Positions 36,642 through 59,260 of a stretch of DNA of 64,000 nucleotides are shown here, one piece after another (positions within the stretch are counted from its first letter, which is position 1; each line of letters opens with the position of its first letter). The position numbers were made by a program, and so were the translations under genes. The stretch lies in contig JAYWIR010000028.1 of NCBI GenBank assembly GCA_036172245.1, positions 1,922,001-1,986,000 on the forward strand. Reading direction: 5' to 3'. Origin of the DNA: Raillietiella orientalis. Lineage: Eukaryota. The notes below the pieces were generated by a model. It made no database searches, was not told the origin of the DNA, and saw nothing but the letters and a program-made list of their open reading frames with translations.

Positions 36642-39600
36642 CAGGACGGTATTTGCAACTGCTCACCATTTCTAAACATTCAATAATCTACCGCTGACAC
36701 AAGGAAATCCTAGCTCCCAGGTGCTAACGAAAACCAGACACTTCCAGACGTTCGACAAAAAGTACGCATCGTCGTCTAAAAAAGTAAATAAATGGATTAC
36801 CACCACATGCATTATACCACGTAAATATACGGTTCACACGCTAGTACAATATGCATCACTTTCTGCCCTCTAAAGTAAACAAAAAATAAAAAGAAATGAA
36901 AACAAATATGAAAAATTTCAACTGAATGCATACTCGATATTAGTATGTTTTACGTGAAATCAGCTTAGGTGTGGCAATTTACAAAACTCGAGTGCAATCT
37001 GTAAATTAGTCTCACGGCTCCAATCATACAGGCTTCCAATGAGTCATGCTCAGCTTAAAAATCGAAAAGAGCAACACAAAACACCAAAACTAAGGAATAG
37101 AAAAAATGGGTCTGAGCATATTATCACGAGAAGGCCGCTTTTATTTTTCAGTGAATTTATCTCTTCTAGAGAAATTAGGAGACAGGTTCACGACATAGTT
37201 GCTGTTAGTTAAATGAGGCACAACTTGGAGAATCAACTCTTTCTATCCAAGTTTTGTTTTATAACTTTCTTTTAGAACATGAAGAACTAGGAGAAAACAC
37301 GGGCAGGTTTCTCAAGTCTGACATCGTTCGGTGATTATTTGAAAAGGTGACGAGAAACAATTCCACCAATGTTGCTGATTGAAAGTGAATGAGAAAAAGA
37401 ACATGGGAACAAGAAGAATGCCATGCAAAAGCGACGTTACGAGAAGAAAAACATTTCATAATTTTATATGACTGTTTTTTTTTTTTGTAAATATTGTTTG
37501 TTACAATAAACGCACCAGCATGACCTGGTGAAAACAAAGAGAAAAAAATGCAGGGCGAATCCTCAGAGATGAAGGCCAAGAAATATTCAAATTCAGCCAG
37601 CTGCCTTCTTCTTTTGTTTAGGAATGTTAGAGCTGCCTTCTGTCTTCAGGGACTTCTTCACAAGCGGATTTAGTATGTTAGATTTACTGCATCGAATCAT
37701 AGGTTAATTTCAAGGAGGAAACTTTCGACAGGTGATTCATGGCTGCAGGAGTCGTCACAGATCACCTTAACGCAGTCATGTAGGACGTCCTTAGGCTTAC
37801 TGACTCACAGAGCAAAGGAAAGTACCGAACGAACCGGAAACATGCGGTCAAGAGGGGGGAGTGCATGCGTGGCCAGACAGTTCATGTCCGAGAGACGTTC
37901 TCTCCTCTTCAGCCAAGGTTCCTACTTTCCTTAGTGAGAGCCGACTCGAGCCGATGTTTCTGCCCCAGGGACCGCTGACATGGCTCTATCCGTGGAGACA
38001 GAAGCACGCGAGCCACGTCGACGGTTTTCATCCTGAGCCTCATCTCTCTCGGGAAAACGCTTTCATTCGCTGGAAACACTAAGAGCTTTCTTTCGGGTTG
38101 GTCACAGGAGCTCCGGAGCCTGGCAGCAAGGAGGAAGAGCAGGCTGCAGTAGAAGTCTGGACGTGCGTCCTGGAGAGGCCAGTGTCAGGCTGCAGGCAAA
38201 ACCTCTCTTTCACTTCTCCCACTTCCGACCACAGAGATTCTCAAGGAAAGGTCCTTGAGCTAGGATCACTCCTCGTTGACTGGGAGACGAGGGAAAACTT
38301 CACCTCTTCCTCTCACAGACCTGCATACTCTTCCCTAGAACCACTAAGCTCGGACTTCCACCTCCGAAAACCAGAAATGATTGTCCATGATAATCCTTCC
38401 TGAGGGACAGAGAGAAAAAATCGCGATGCAGGGAAAAAGGGAACTCTAAGGTTCTTATTCGGGGTAAGTCGGAAGGTATGGAGACTCAAATAGCAGCAAG
38501 GAAAGGGAAGAAAGAGGTCGTCGGCTAAACAAATCCCCGAAATTTCTCCAATGGCGGACTTTTCTCATGTGATCTCTCTGGTGCAGAGCTACTTGTCACG
38601 GTTACCGTCATGCAAGGGTCTTCAGGATGAGGCGTCCTTTTGGGGATCAGCCGATTTAGAGTATTTTTCTCTTGCCTTCCTGTTCCTTGATGGTTTGCAA
38701 TATCTCGATGTGCCACCGTTGACATCTCCCTCCGAGGCGGAGATTCCAGATCCAGAAACAAAACATGACGATGACCTCAGCCTTCTCCTTTCATCTAAAC
38801 TGAGGCACAGGTTCCAATATCAGAACGTCTGATTGCTACATAGCGAGACCCCTTACCTTCCCAGAAAGCTTCTTCCCCACCTGGAGTGTTGCCTAACGGA
38901 CACGAAGTTGCATGGCGGAGAAGTTGCAGCAAGCAGCGGATGGCTGTTCTTGAATGCGCGTGCGCCCTGGTGGGAGGGAAACGATGGCAGAAAAGCTTTT
39001 TCTTAATGCTAAGCGATGGCGCCTCCAGCACGACTATTTACCATCCAGCTGTTCGTGGAGAATTCCATAGGAGCTAGGAGGGAGGAGATTGCTAGCGCAC
39101 GAGGGATCCAGGATTCATCTAGTAGGACGACAGTGCAAGAGAGTTATTCCCAGCAAATCCCTCTAAGAAGACGCTGTAAGAGGGACAGGCAAAGATGCGA
39201 AAGGAGGGTGTGATGTGAAGTAACGGGAAGAGAGAAATCTGCAGCATTCGGGAGGGAAGCTCTGTGAGGTGCAAGGGATGGGTGCAAGGTTTCGTAATTC
39301 TCGAAGAAGCCCTCTAGCGGGAGCTGCGCGTTTCAGCAGGAGGTCGGCATAAAAACAGGCTGCCAAGCCTTGCCTATTTTTTTTGTCCCCACTTTTTCCC
39401 TATCGGGCGAAGAGGCAGGTATGCTGCCGGTGGCCTCAAGAAACCGTCAGCAGCTGAATGTATCCTACAAACGACACCCGAGCCTCCGGAATCCTTCCCC
39501 ATCCTTCACACCCCACTTTATTTGCCCCGCTCGGGAAACGAACGGGTGCCCGTGCGGTAAACTCGCTGGAGGGTGTGCGCACACACACGTGCGTGACTTT

Positions 39601-41399
39601 GGGCACACGGAGACGTCCTCCTTCCAAGAGTACAATGGAGATGAGGAACGTCCGCACCAGACACTCGCGCCCTAGGGCGCGGACACTGCGAGGCCAGCGA
39701 GCTCTCGGGAAAACAAGACTTTTTCACGGCATCGCGATGCCAGGGGTGCCAACTCCGGAGAAGTTGCTGCAGAAGCGGATCGGAGCGTGAAACTCGAAGG
39801 AGGGTCCGGTCCGCGTGCTTCCATTTCCCTGGACTAGCCTTCTTCCTTGCATGGTCCCGGTGGCCACCGTACCACACGCCGCAAAGTTTCTACTCCTTGG
39901 TCTCCTCGCCTGCGAGGCCGCTTCCAGGCATTCCCCGGAGGTTCGGTGGTGCGTGTGGGCAGGGAGGTGGACGACGTTGAGGCCCCAATTGGGAGGGTAA
40001 GAGCTTTAGTGGTCCCTAGGGCGTCCCTGACAGCGACTGCCGGGCAAGGAACTTTCCTTTCGCCCCCTGGCACATCGCTCCCCCCTCTTCTTTCCAGTTT
40101 CCTCGCAAGCGCGCGCGCGCAGCCACAGAACTGCCGGAGGTCCATCCGGCTGTCATCCCCATCGCATGGAAGAGCCGAGAGTGTCCCGAAATTGGTGCAC
40201 CAGGAAGACCGAGACTGCTAACGCGACCCGGACTGGCGTGGGAATTCCCGCTCATCCCCTCCTCCCTCCCGTATGCGTGCCTGCGGAGCGCGAGCATCAG
40301 AAATCATTCCAAGAGGGATGGAGATACGCGTGCGAGGGCTCCGGGAAGCGGAAGGATGCGGTCAGCAGACGTCGGTGTGGGTGTCCCGCAGGTTTCTCTG
40401 GGATGCCCATGCCTCCTCAGCGACTGCTGAGGCGAAAAAGGGTGACTCTCCCGCAGGATTCGAGTATCCGCGGAAGGGATGAGGTCAGCGGCGACCTTCG
40501 CACCATCGTACCCTCTAGCCAGATCTTTACAGAGTCCGGCGGGATCTAGAGGAAGGCCGCACGTTGCCGAGATGGCTCCTTCCCAGGAAATGCCCGACGC
40601 GCACTGTTGAGCCGTACCTGCCACGCCTATCTGCGCCGGGCACCGCGTGCCTCCCCCACGTTTTAGGAGGATGGCTGCTCCCTCCGAAAGGACTGATCAG
40701 CTGACCTGGTTGCCGGGCTCCCGAAAGCTTCCGGAAGGTGGCGTCGCCTTGATCTGCCACCGCTTCCTCGCCTTCCCGGGGGACCACCTCACCGAAGAGC
40801 TCCATCTACTCCCTTCCTCCTTCAGATGCGCCCACTCAGGGAAGGGCCGCTGCTTCCCGACTCCTTACTCCTCTGTCTCAGGGTCCCGCGAGTGCGACCG
40901 GTGATCGCCACCCTAGTAGAGACGGGGGAAGGGTGCCACCCTCCCACCCGCTCCCTCCTTGCCAGGTGACCGGAGTCTTCGCACCCGCCTCCTCTCGCCC
41001 TCGTGGGGGGAGCGGGGAGGACTGGCAGGAAAGGACAGGAGGGCTTCTCCCCTGACCTTTCAGCCGACCCTTCCACCGGTCCGGGCGCCTGCGATCGGCT
41101 CTTCACTTCCGCTTTCTCCCGCCTGAGGCGTCCGGCACTGGACGCGCGAGGCACATGCGGTGCGCAGGCGAGCGCGGGCGAACCGCCGCCCGCGCGGTCA
41201 CCTGCGGGGAGGAAGGAGGGGGGAGGCGCGCGGATGTGTGCCAGCGGTGCCGCCGCCGGCCCTCTGGGGGTCGCCAGACGCGGTGACACAGATCGCCCTC
41301 TCTCGGCCGTGCGCGCGAACCGCTCGCCAGACGACTCTCTTCGCGGGACTGCTGCGGCTGGGATGACCACTGGTGCTGTTCCTGCCGCGCCTTCCCGCC

Positions 41400-50523
<9,124 letters not shown>

Positions 50524-52699
50524 GCAGCTTCCACCCACTCCAAAGCTCTCCAGAAAGCGAACTGAAGATAAGGAAAGCCCTATAGACCTGTCCTTCGCCT
50601 CAAAGTCCCTTTCCTCTCCCACTGGAGGCCCCGTCGGCTTCAGGGCCGTCAGGGGGATGTCGGCGAGCATGCGACGGCCTCCTGCAGCGACCCGGGACCA
50701 CCTTTTCCCGACCCGTGTGCCCTCTCCTGATAAAAAGCGAGCGCGCGAGTTCGTCCTCAAGGCCCCTCAGCTTCCTGTAGCCGGGAGACCGCAACCGTCT
50801 TGCCTCTTTCCAGGAGACGGCACGCAACCGAGCGGGAAATGGCAGGAGCAGACGAGTGGTTCTGTCTGGGAGCTCGCAGATGCTCATGATTTATTCACGC
50901 CCTCATGCTCCGTCAGCTCATCTCTGCTCACTTGCAGGTCGACCTGGCACCGGCGGCGATTCACCCCACGGCACTGCTCCGAGCTCTCTCTCGGCAGGAG
51001 CTCGTCTGGCAGCGGCCGGATCGCCACTGCGCCTCGAAGCGGGGTGCCGTGCCATCTGGACGGTGAGCTTCGCCGCCGGCCGCTTGCCTCCAGAGCAGGG
51101 GAGCGCATTCTGCACTGACGGGCGACCCCCTCCTCATGGTGCTGCCACAGTTCTCGCACCGACATTAGGAGACCAGGGAAAGGGGAAGTTCTTCTTCCGC
51201 TGTCTTATCTAGAAGCCGTTTCACGGAGGATGGGCTCGCACTGACTGTGACCTCCAGCAAACGCTTAGGGGTCTTTCTCTCCAGATGTCGAGCAGAAGGA
51301 AGGAGGAGGAGATCCGTTGCAGCGCTCTCTGCTTGCTTCCAGACTCCGACGAATCCTTTGAGCGACTTCCCTCGCTTCCGCGTGTTCTCTGATCCTTGCT
51401 GGAGCTCGTGGTCTCGGGCGTGGGTCTTCCACGGAGGGAGCTCTCCGAGCTCCGTGAGGTCCTCCTTTTCGGTTTCCTTAGTGCTGTGCCGTAGACCAAG
51501 GGAGAAATTTTGGGGGCTTATCGGCTTCGGAGGGAACCTCGACTCGCGTTCTCTTGCATCCCAGGACATCTGGACTCGAAGCAGTTCTCTCCCTGAAGGA
51601 ATGCACTTCCTTTCATCGAAAAGCTTTCAAATAAACATCTCAAGAATGCGGGCTGTGCGGAAGCTGCAGAGAGTCTTCTTGTTGCTGGGTCAATTTCTTG
51701 ATCCCCTGCAGATGACTGAATGATGCAAGCGGGAGATTTCGTAGTCAGCAGTCGACAAGGCATTGCTTTTTTTCTCCTTCCTTACCAAGTTCATTGATAC
51801 CAAGAGAGGAAGAGGGAGGGGTAAAGGCGGCTCCGTGGAGAACTCTGCACATGGCGAGGGAGACTGTTCTAACAGGACCTTTCTTGCAGAAGATCTGCAT
51901 CAATTTTGTCATTAAGAAAACAGCCCCTCGTCACGCCAATAGCTACGGAAAGTCGGCTGAGGATCCAGAGGTAGAATTTCAATTTGATTAAATCTCATGC
52001 GAATCTCCACGCTTTAAGTGCGTGACTGCTAATTTACTTCCATCGGATGTCCAATTCAATTAAGTCTGATAAGACGGATTCTCGCGTTGCCTTCGGGAAA
52101 ACCGGAGGCAGTGACGTCACCATTAATTGAATCGCCGCTGATCTTCAGCGCTTTGCTGGATTTCCGGACTAGTAATCACCGCGCACATCGAGCTGCGAAG
52201 GGCGTGCGCAGAATGGTAATGCTTGCGAAGAATAATTACTCGGTGGCCGTTGCTGGGATTTCCTTCCGAGGCGAAAGGAAGAAACTCCGGCCATTCAGAA
52301 TGGCCTGTCCTTGAGAGATTTGCGCGCCTGCATTTCACTGATGGAGCTGGCGACATCCCCAGCTGCTCCTGCGGTTTCGGAGTCCCGTTGCTCCGGTCTG
52401 GAAGCTCTCTCCTGGCCGGTACAGCTGACGAGCAAGAATTCTGCTCCAAATCAACACCTTAGTCTTCGACGGCATTCGCACTGACCGTATGGGTCCACTA
52501 CTGGATGAGCTTCCGTCGACAAGAGCCCTATAAATGCCGCACAACACGCGATATTCATAGTTAAGGTGACCGCATCCCCTGAGACGAACATCCCTCAGGT
52601 CTGCTGACAAGACAGAGCTAATCTAAGGGAAGACAGAGCGAATGGATGGGATCTCTTCTTAGGGATCTCGACACATGAGGAGGAAGGAGTCTGTTTCTC

Positions 52700-53196
52700 T
52701 TAAGCTTGATAAGGAACCCTCTTCCTCATGCTCTCCGGTGGAACCCGCCAGAGGAAAGTGCTCTCTGTTTCCTCCTTTGAAGAGAACCCCGAAAAAACTC
52801 TTCATTTTCTCCAAAGGGAGTTCTCCGAAGGGAGCAGCTCGCTTCTTGATACTCTGGAGGGACAACCCCCGAGACGGGTATCAACCAACTTCATGGCACT
52901 CGATGGAAGGTTCTCCCTGAGGAAGGGAACAGTTCCATTTTCGCCACCAGAGGGTCGGTTGCTCCTTAACTTCCTGGAGAGATCGCGGAGGGTCAACTTT
53001 TAATCCCAGCCAGTCTAACGGGGGCATCCGACTTTCGCCAGATAGGCCCGGATAGGCCAACAAGAGTCGTCCTGCAGGGGGACTCGAAACCCACGACGCA
53101 CCTATTTCTCGGCGTCGATCCTTTCCCAGGAGAGATTCGAACCCGCGACAGTCGATACCACGCGCAGAGACCACAGCCACACCCGCCAACACGGGC
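52700..53196 (-). mobile_element. tRNA-derived SINE, copy F (near full length)
   Basis: The reverse complement has head GCCCGTGTTGGCGGGTGTGG...GCGGGTTCGAATCTCC, the conserved core, and a long tail colinear with 5500-5830. Confidence 0.9.
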
Positions 53197-56100
53197 TGGC
53201 CGCCCGGAAGCTAACGCGAGGGGAACAAGGTTAAGGGTGAAGCATTCCCACTCTGGAGGAACGAAGAACAAATCTCTACTGCACCGAAACGGTACAGTGG
53301 CATCTCAGACCGCTGTTGGGTCCATGCGAGACTTCCGAGAGAGAAGTCCCAGATCCTGCATGCAACCAGGTGTATCCTCAAGCCTGTACGCGCATTACCG
53401 ATCCCACCCGGTTCCCAATTGGAACCCGAATCGGAAGGCGCCGCTCTCGCAAGGGCAGCCATCGGACTGTTCCGAACTTTATGCGCACTTCCCCCCGTCA
53501 GCTGGACCGAAACTTTGATAGCGAGACGGAACCTAACATCTCCAACTCTTCCTTGTGGAAAAAATTTAGCCCTAAATTTCTTTTTTGAAGGAAAGAAACC
53601 GAATATCAGCTGAGACGCATGGGGGGAAAGGAAGACTGGATGATGCCCTTCAGATGGCACATCTCGAGCTCATTTATTTAAGAAGCTTTTCGGCATTTTG
53701 AAGTTCATGGATGCTGAAGAGGACAAAAATGGAAACTGTGGCTCTCGATGTCTCCCTAGCACAAGCAGTACCGTACAGACCTGGTGCTCCGGAAATCGGG
53801 TCTGACGAGATGTGGAATATCGGGAGAGCGCAGCGAAGAATTCGCTTTCGTTCGTTCAGGAGAGACCATGAGCATCAATTAATTAATGATTAGCGTTAGC
53901 ATCGTGCGAACGGAGGCTGCATTTTTTCTTCCACGCTGAAGCAAGAGGAAGAGGAAGTGAAGAGGAAAACCAGAGCATCGCGAGGAGAGCGCGAATCATG
54001 GAACGTGGCGAGAAAAGTGGCAGGAAAGCCGAAACCATGTCCTCATTCTCCTTTTCCTGGACCACCGAAAAGGCCTGCAGACCTGACCACTCCTGCGGAA
54101 CAGATTTCTATTCATGACTTCTCGAGTCTGTTAGGAGACGGCCCACGCAAGGGGGCGTCTTTCCAATTACTTTGCCGGAGACTGTGAATCGGCAAGGCGA
54201 GAAAGAGCGGCACCACGTGCGCGCCCTCCGCATTCAAGGCAGAGGCAAAAAAACTTGAAAGAGGAGTAGAGGGAGGGGGGGGGAAAAAAAAAAAAAAAAA
54301 TGGTTTCTCACGGAAAGTTGTCGAAGGATGCCTGTTATGGACATCATCCGTGCAAAAATCCAGGAAATTTTCAGCGCAGGGGAAAAATCAATCTTGAGAA
54401 CAAACGCCTATACGGGAACAACTGTCAGGAGATGACAGTCACTGCGCTCCATACGAGAAATGAAGGATTTTTGTATGATGAAAGAATGCAGTCGGGTAGA
54501 AGGAAAAGAGGAAGGGAAAAAGATCCTGTCTCCGTGAATGAATTCACATTAGCATTCGTCATCATCATCATCATCATGCTCGGACGTCATGCCCCTGGTA
54601 GATGCATTACTAGGCAGATGCTTCTGAAGAGCAGCCCCGAAGGATTTCGAAGTTATTTGTCTTCAAGGTTGTTTTCCGGCTCGATTTTTGAGAGGAAGAT
54701 GCTTGCATGAATCAGTTGTGTACGATTTTGAGATCAAATTTTGGAAAACGAAATTTTGAAGGGGAAGAAAGGAAGAAGAAGAAGGCGACGATGATTGAGT
54801 TCGATGAAATGTAGGAACAAGTCGTTAGCGTTCGAATCCTTCAGCTTCCTTTTCCAGCGACCTCGGTCCCCCCTCCCCCCATCTCCGCCACAGATCTTGC
54901 GAAATGGATGGTCATCGGTTTAACGAAATCCAGCGAAATCGCGCTCGAGAGCAGCGGAAAGGAGGAAACGAAACTTGTGTGCTTCCCAAGCGCATCTTTG
55001 AGAGGATAAACGCGCCTCCGGCACTTCCCATGGAGGGGCGCCGAATCTCCTGCTTCAGAGCGATTGGAAGCTACACCTCTGGTTCTTGGACCCCTCCCCC
55101 CCCCCGCTCTGGACTTCCAGGAAGCCGCTCGGGCGTGTCGGAGAACCCTCCCCTTGAACCTCCCCTGGTCATTTTATAGGGAAATCGCCGTCTCGGCGGT
55201 TGTTTTCCCATCTTGGAGGTTCATTTGTAGAATAAACGCCCGGCGCCACCGGGTGCCAATCTGATGCTTGGAGGCTTGCACAGGTCAGCCAGCTCTTCCC
55301 AGCCATTTCGAAACAGATTCCGACTCCACATTGGCTTCGTTCTCAAAAATCGCAGATGCATCCCTCCACCCTCAAACCGCCAGCCGCCAAAGGGTTAACG
55401 GCGAACACCGAGATGTCTTCGACGCCGAGAAGATTGCGGCAAATGGAGAATACGAAGTACTCATTATGGATGACAGCGCTTTTCAGGAGGCCCTGGAAAG
55501 TGGCTAATGGGGGGGGGGGGGAAATGTGTTTGTCTCGGTTGCCTGCGGTGTTTGTTGTCTGGTGTGCCGGCTGAGGAAAACTATAAACACTGCAACAGGA
55601 CAGAAAAAATAAGTCACGCGTCTACATCTCGAACTAGGAATTTAATTAAGCATTCCTTTCCCTCCCCCTCCCATTCTTCCTTCATGTCCTTTTTAAAACC
55701 AAACGAAAAGTTCAGCGTGACTCGGGGATGACTCTTTCTTGAGTGTTTTTCGTGCTCATTTTCTCGTGGTTGCGTTCGATTAAAACTCGCCACGAAGGGA
55801 CCCTTCTGTTTGAACTCTGTTTGACCTGGGCTGGACACAACTATTGTCTTAAAAATACACGTTTTTTCACGAAAATCATATTTTATGCTTTGTAAAGACC
55901 ATCTATCTATCTACTGCGAGGCAAACCTGCAATCACAGACCCATTAACTAACGTTTTGAAGGGAGGAAAGGAATAATTGGTGTAATAAAAAAAAATTATT
56001 GCATCAATTATTTGTTACTCATTTACTGTATCCAGTAGAGGACCTCAATGGATATTTTTCTCCCCCCTCACCTTCCTCGACACTAAGGGATATTCTTTCC

Positions 56101-58619
56101 CCTTTTTAGTAAACGAAAGTGGAAAACCAAGGCTATGCTCGCAGCTTCTTTTTCTGGCGCCGAAGACTTTTTTCCGAACCAAATCATTAGGCATGAAGAA
56201 AGAGAATGAGGACGAGAAGGCAGAGAAAGATAAACTGTTCCCACTTTCGTTCACATCTTCGTCTTATCTTTTTATTCTTGTTTCGTTTTCTCTTCCTCGA
56301 TATTGACTCTTCGTTACTGGAGCTTGATGATGCAAGGGAAGCAACTTGAGAAATGGTTAAAAAGCTGCAAGACTCTCGAAGAAAACACCAAGTCTTGGGA
56401 GAGGCTCTCGAAGTTTCGAGAACCAGGAATCTTCACGGCTATAGGTTCTTGAGGGCACCGAAAACTGCTGCAGCCACTAAGTAGAAAACGAGCTCTGCGA
56501 GCTGTTTCCCAAGTTGAATAGAGAAATGCCAGAATCAGTTTCAGGCACCTTCCTTTGAAAATCAGTGCCGACCAGGAGGCAGCTGAACTTCGTGAAAGTC
56601 GAGGCACCAACTCTGAGCAGCCCTTAAAAAAAACTGGCGTAAGAAGCAAGAAAAGCTGAGTCGCCAAGACGCGCGGAGCACAAAAGGGGCGAGAACACAA
56701 AAGGAGGAAGACGTGAGGAAGAGGAGGTTCGGTCAGGTTCCGTTAGGGCGCTTGTGGTTCTCCATACGCCAAGCACAGAATCTCATGGGCAGTCCATTGG
56801 GTCAGCTGTCCGAGCAGAAACGAGGTTAGGCTCAGTAAACTACCGATGGACGCAAGTAGAGTAAAGATGCGCGGATGGCCCGTGCCAAGGAAACCTCAGC
56901 TGCAGGAGCGGAATCGCCCCAAGATAAGCTGGGCAGTTTATCTGACGCAGAGGAAGTGATTTCCGAAGTCCCAGTTGTGTGCTGGGGAACGCTTTCGTGC
57001 CTGCTCTGTCCGTGACGGGCAGGTCGAGCTCATAGGAAGCAGAATAGCATGGTTATAAAGCGATTGAAGCAAGGATGAATGTTCCCTTTGGTAGTAAGTG
57101 ATTTGGTATGCAAGCTCTGGTGTGTCTCGCAAAGAGAGCGTTGGTCATTTAAAAAAAGGAAGAAGGAGGAAGAAACACGCCATTTTCTTGGCAGCAGGAA
57201 ACACGAAATAGTGCGTGCGAGGTTTCCTTGAATGCTATGGAATTCGTCGAGAAGGCATTCCTTCTGCTTCCCGTCATCCTAAGAACAGAAGGGATCACAG
57301 GAGGAGTAGAACACCAGAAAAAAAAACAACACGAGCAAGTGTTTTGTGGTTAGTCGAAAGTCAGGTCAAATTTTCGTGATCACGGAGTTGCCAGCCGACC
57401 GCAGGGGCGATGGAAATTCGGGCTACTCGGGACAAGTCTTCCGCGTGGTATTTCTGCGGGGAAAGGACTTCATGCTCTAAGAAATGGTCGGAATGCTCGT
57501 GCCCTGATCTGGTTTTCCAGCTTCTTGTTACGCTAACAGCATAAAAATACGCACACCAAAACCATCGGTTTATTTCAAGGGAGACTGAATCGTTCGGGGT
57601 TGCCATGAAGTGACCTTCGAATCAATTCTTCTCCCGTTTCATGAAAGCAGATAAGACTGAAAGCATCCAGCAAAACAATCCCTTCTTAACCAAAAGTGAA
57701 AGATTCGCTTCCATCATTCTGAAGGAGCTTTCGAAAGCCAAGATCGTCCCGGAATGCTTTTGGTTTCATCCCTCTAGTTAAGACTACCTTCCATCCTTAT
57801 CTTGCTTTATCTTTCTCAACTAAAATAGAATTCTTCCATTGGAGCACAGTGTCGGGTAATTTTTGTTTTTTATTTTGCAAGGAACTTACACGAATAAGGC
57901 AATGAAATCTCTAATCTCTGTAACTTTGAAGAGAATTAAGCATCCATGAGTCAGAAACATGGGGAAGATGAATTTCCATCTTGAAATCTCCATCATCTAC
58001 TTCCGAAGGATCGCCTGAAAACTACCTGACGCTTCAAAACCGAAATTCAAGGCTTGGCTTCGTATTTCATCCCCGTCTTGAGTGTTCCTCACACAAACTC
58101 CTTTTCATTTGCAATGTGCGTTCATCGAAAAATGATCTCTGGTGACGTCAGGATCGAATCTGCACGAAGTATTCGGAAAATTGCCCACACGGAAAAGCCT
58201 TCTAGATCAGCGGAGGGCAGCGAGAGGCCCGTTGCAACCAGAAGAGTCGCTTACCCCCCGGGGTCGCGAGCGTCCAGACTCGTGGCACGCCAGCCGTCCC
58301 ATCATCGAAGCAAGCTTGGCTGAGGCGAATGGCAATGATGATGATCAAAGAGCTGGTTCGGGAGATAGGTGGTCGCATCTCCGTAGGAACCGTGATTTCG
58401 ATTCCCAGCACGACGGGCAGCGATGGGACCTCCCTCCGGACGAAACCACGTGATCAAAAAGGATGCGCATCCAAGGGTCGCCAGGGTCGCACTCCCAAAA
58501 CAGGCAAGCAAAAACATTCGCCAATGAGTACGGATGTATTTGTCGGTGCTCGACTTGACGCTTACGACGGCCGTCGGTGTCGTCGGTTACGCAGCGATCA
58601 TCTCCAAGAGAACGTCGCC

Positions 58620-59260
58620 TCTCTCCTCGAAACATCACGTTATTCACGCATTCCGTCCGTCAATGCATGGGTCATCCCTGCCTCCACTTGCAAAGGATCG
58701 CATTCGACGCATCGCTCGCTGAAATCCTGCATAGGGAAGCTGCCGTCGGAGAGAAGAGAACGTTTGCTTCCACGTTGGGGAACCTTCCAGAAAGGATAAT
58801 AGGTGTAGAGACGGGAGAGGCTCGCGTCGTCGCTGGCCGATGGGAGGGACGTAAGGGAGCGGGGCGGGCAACCGGGAGCTCTTCGTAGGCATCCACGGTA
58901 GGGACATTGTACGGTGTGTTTGTTGGCACAAAGGCTGCTGCCCCCCTTCTCTGTTCTGGAAATCTGCCACCGATTGCATGCAGTTGTGAATCCGCAAGAA
59001 GACAGACACGAAAGAAAGCGGATGTGTGACGTGACCGTCCGTGTTGGAAATTATCCTTTTCGAAGGGAAGATCGTTTCTGATTTGCTCAAAAATCCGTCC
59101 AAAAGAAAGTCACCTCAACAACTTCCTCCTTGAAGCATTATCCAGCCATCTCATCTGCTGATGCATGGACACGGAAAAATTTCTCCCGCCACGTGCAAAG
59201 GATTGCATGCGATGCATTGCTCGTCGAGTGATATTTTGGAGGATTCTGCATAGGAAGGTA
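58620..59260 (+). repeat. Diverged local direct repeat (~58620-58740 and ~59120-59260)
   Basis: ATGCATGG...CCACTTGCAAAGGATCGCATTCGACGCATCGCTCG...ATCCTGCATAGG compared with ATGCATGG...CCACGTGCAAAGGATTGCATGCGATGCATTGCTCG...ATTCTGCATAGG. Confidence 0.7.

Noticed and set aside
52425..52450. CTGACGA followed by a short stem (hammerhead ribozyme-like)
   Set aside because: It lacks the CGAAA after stem II and no stems I/III were found. The other CTGANGA hits I checked also failed.
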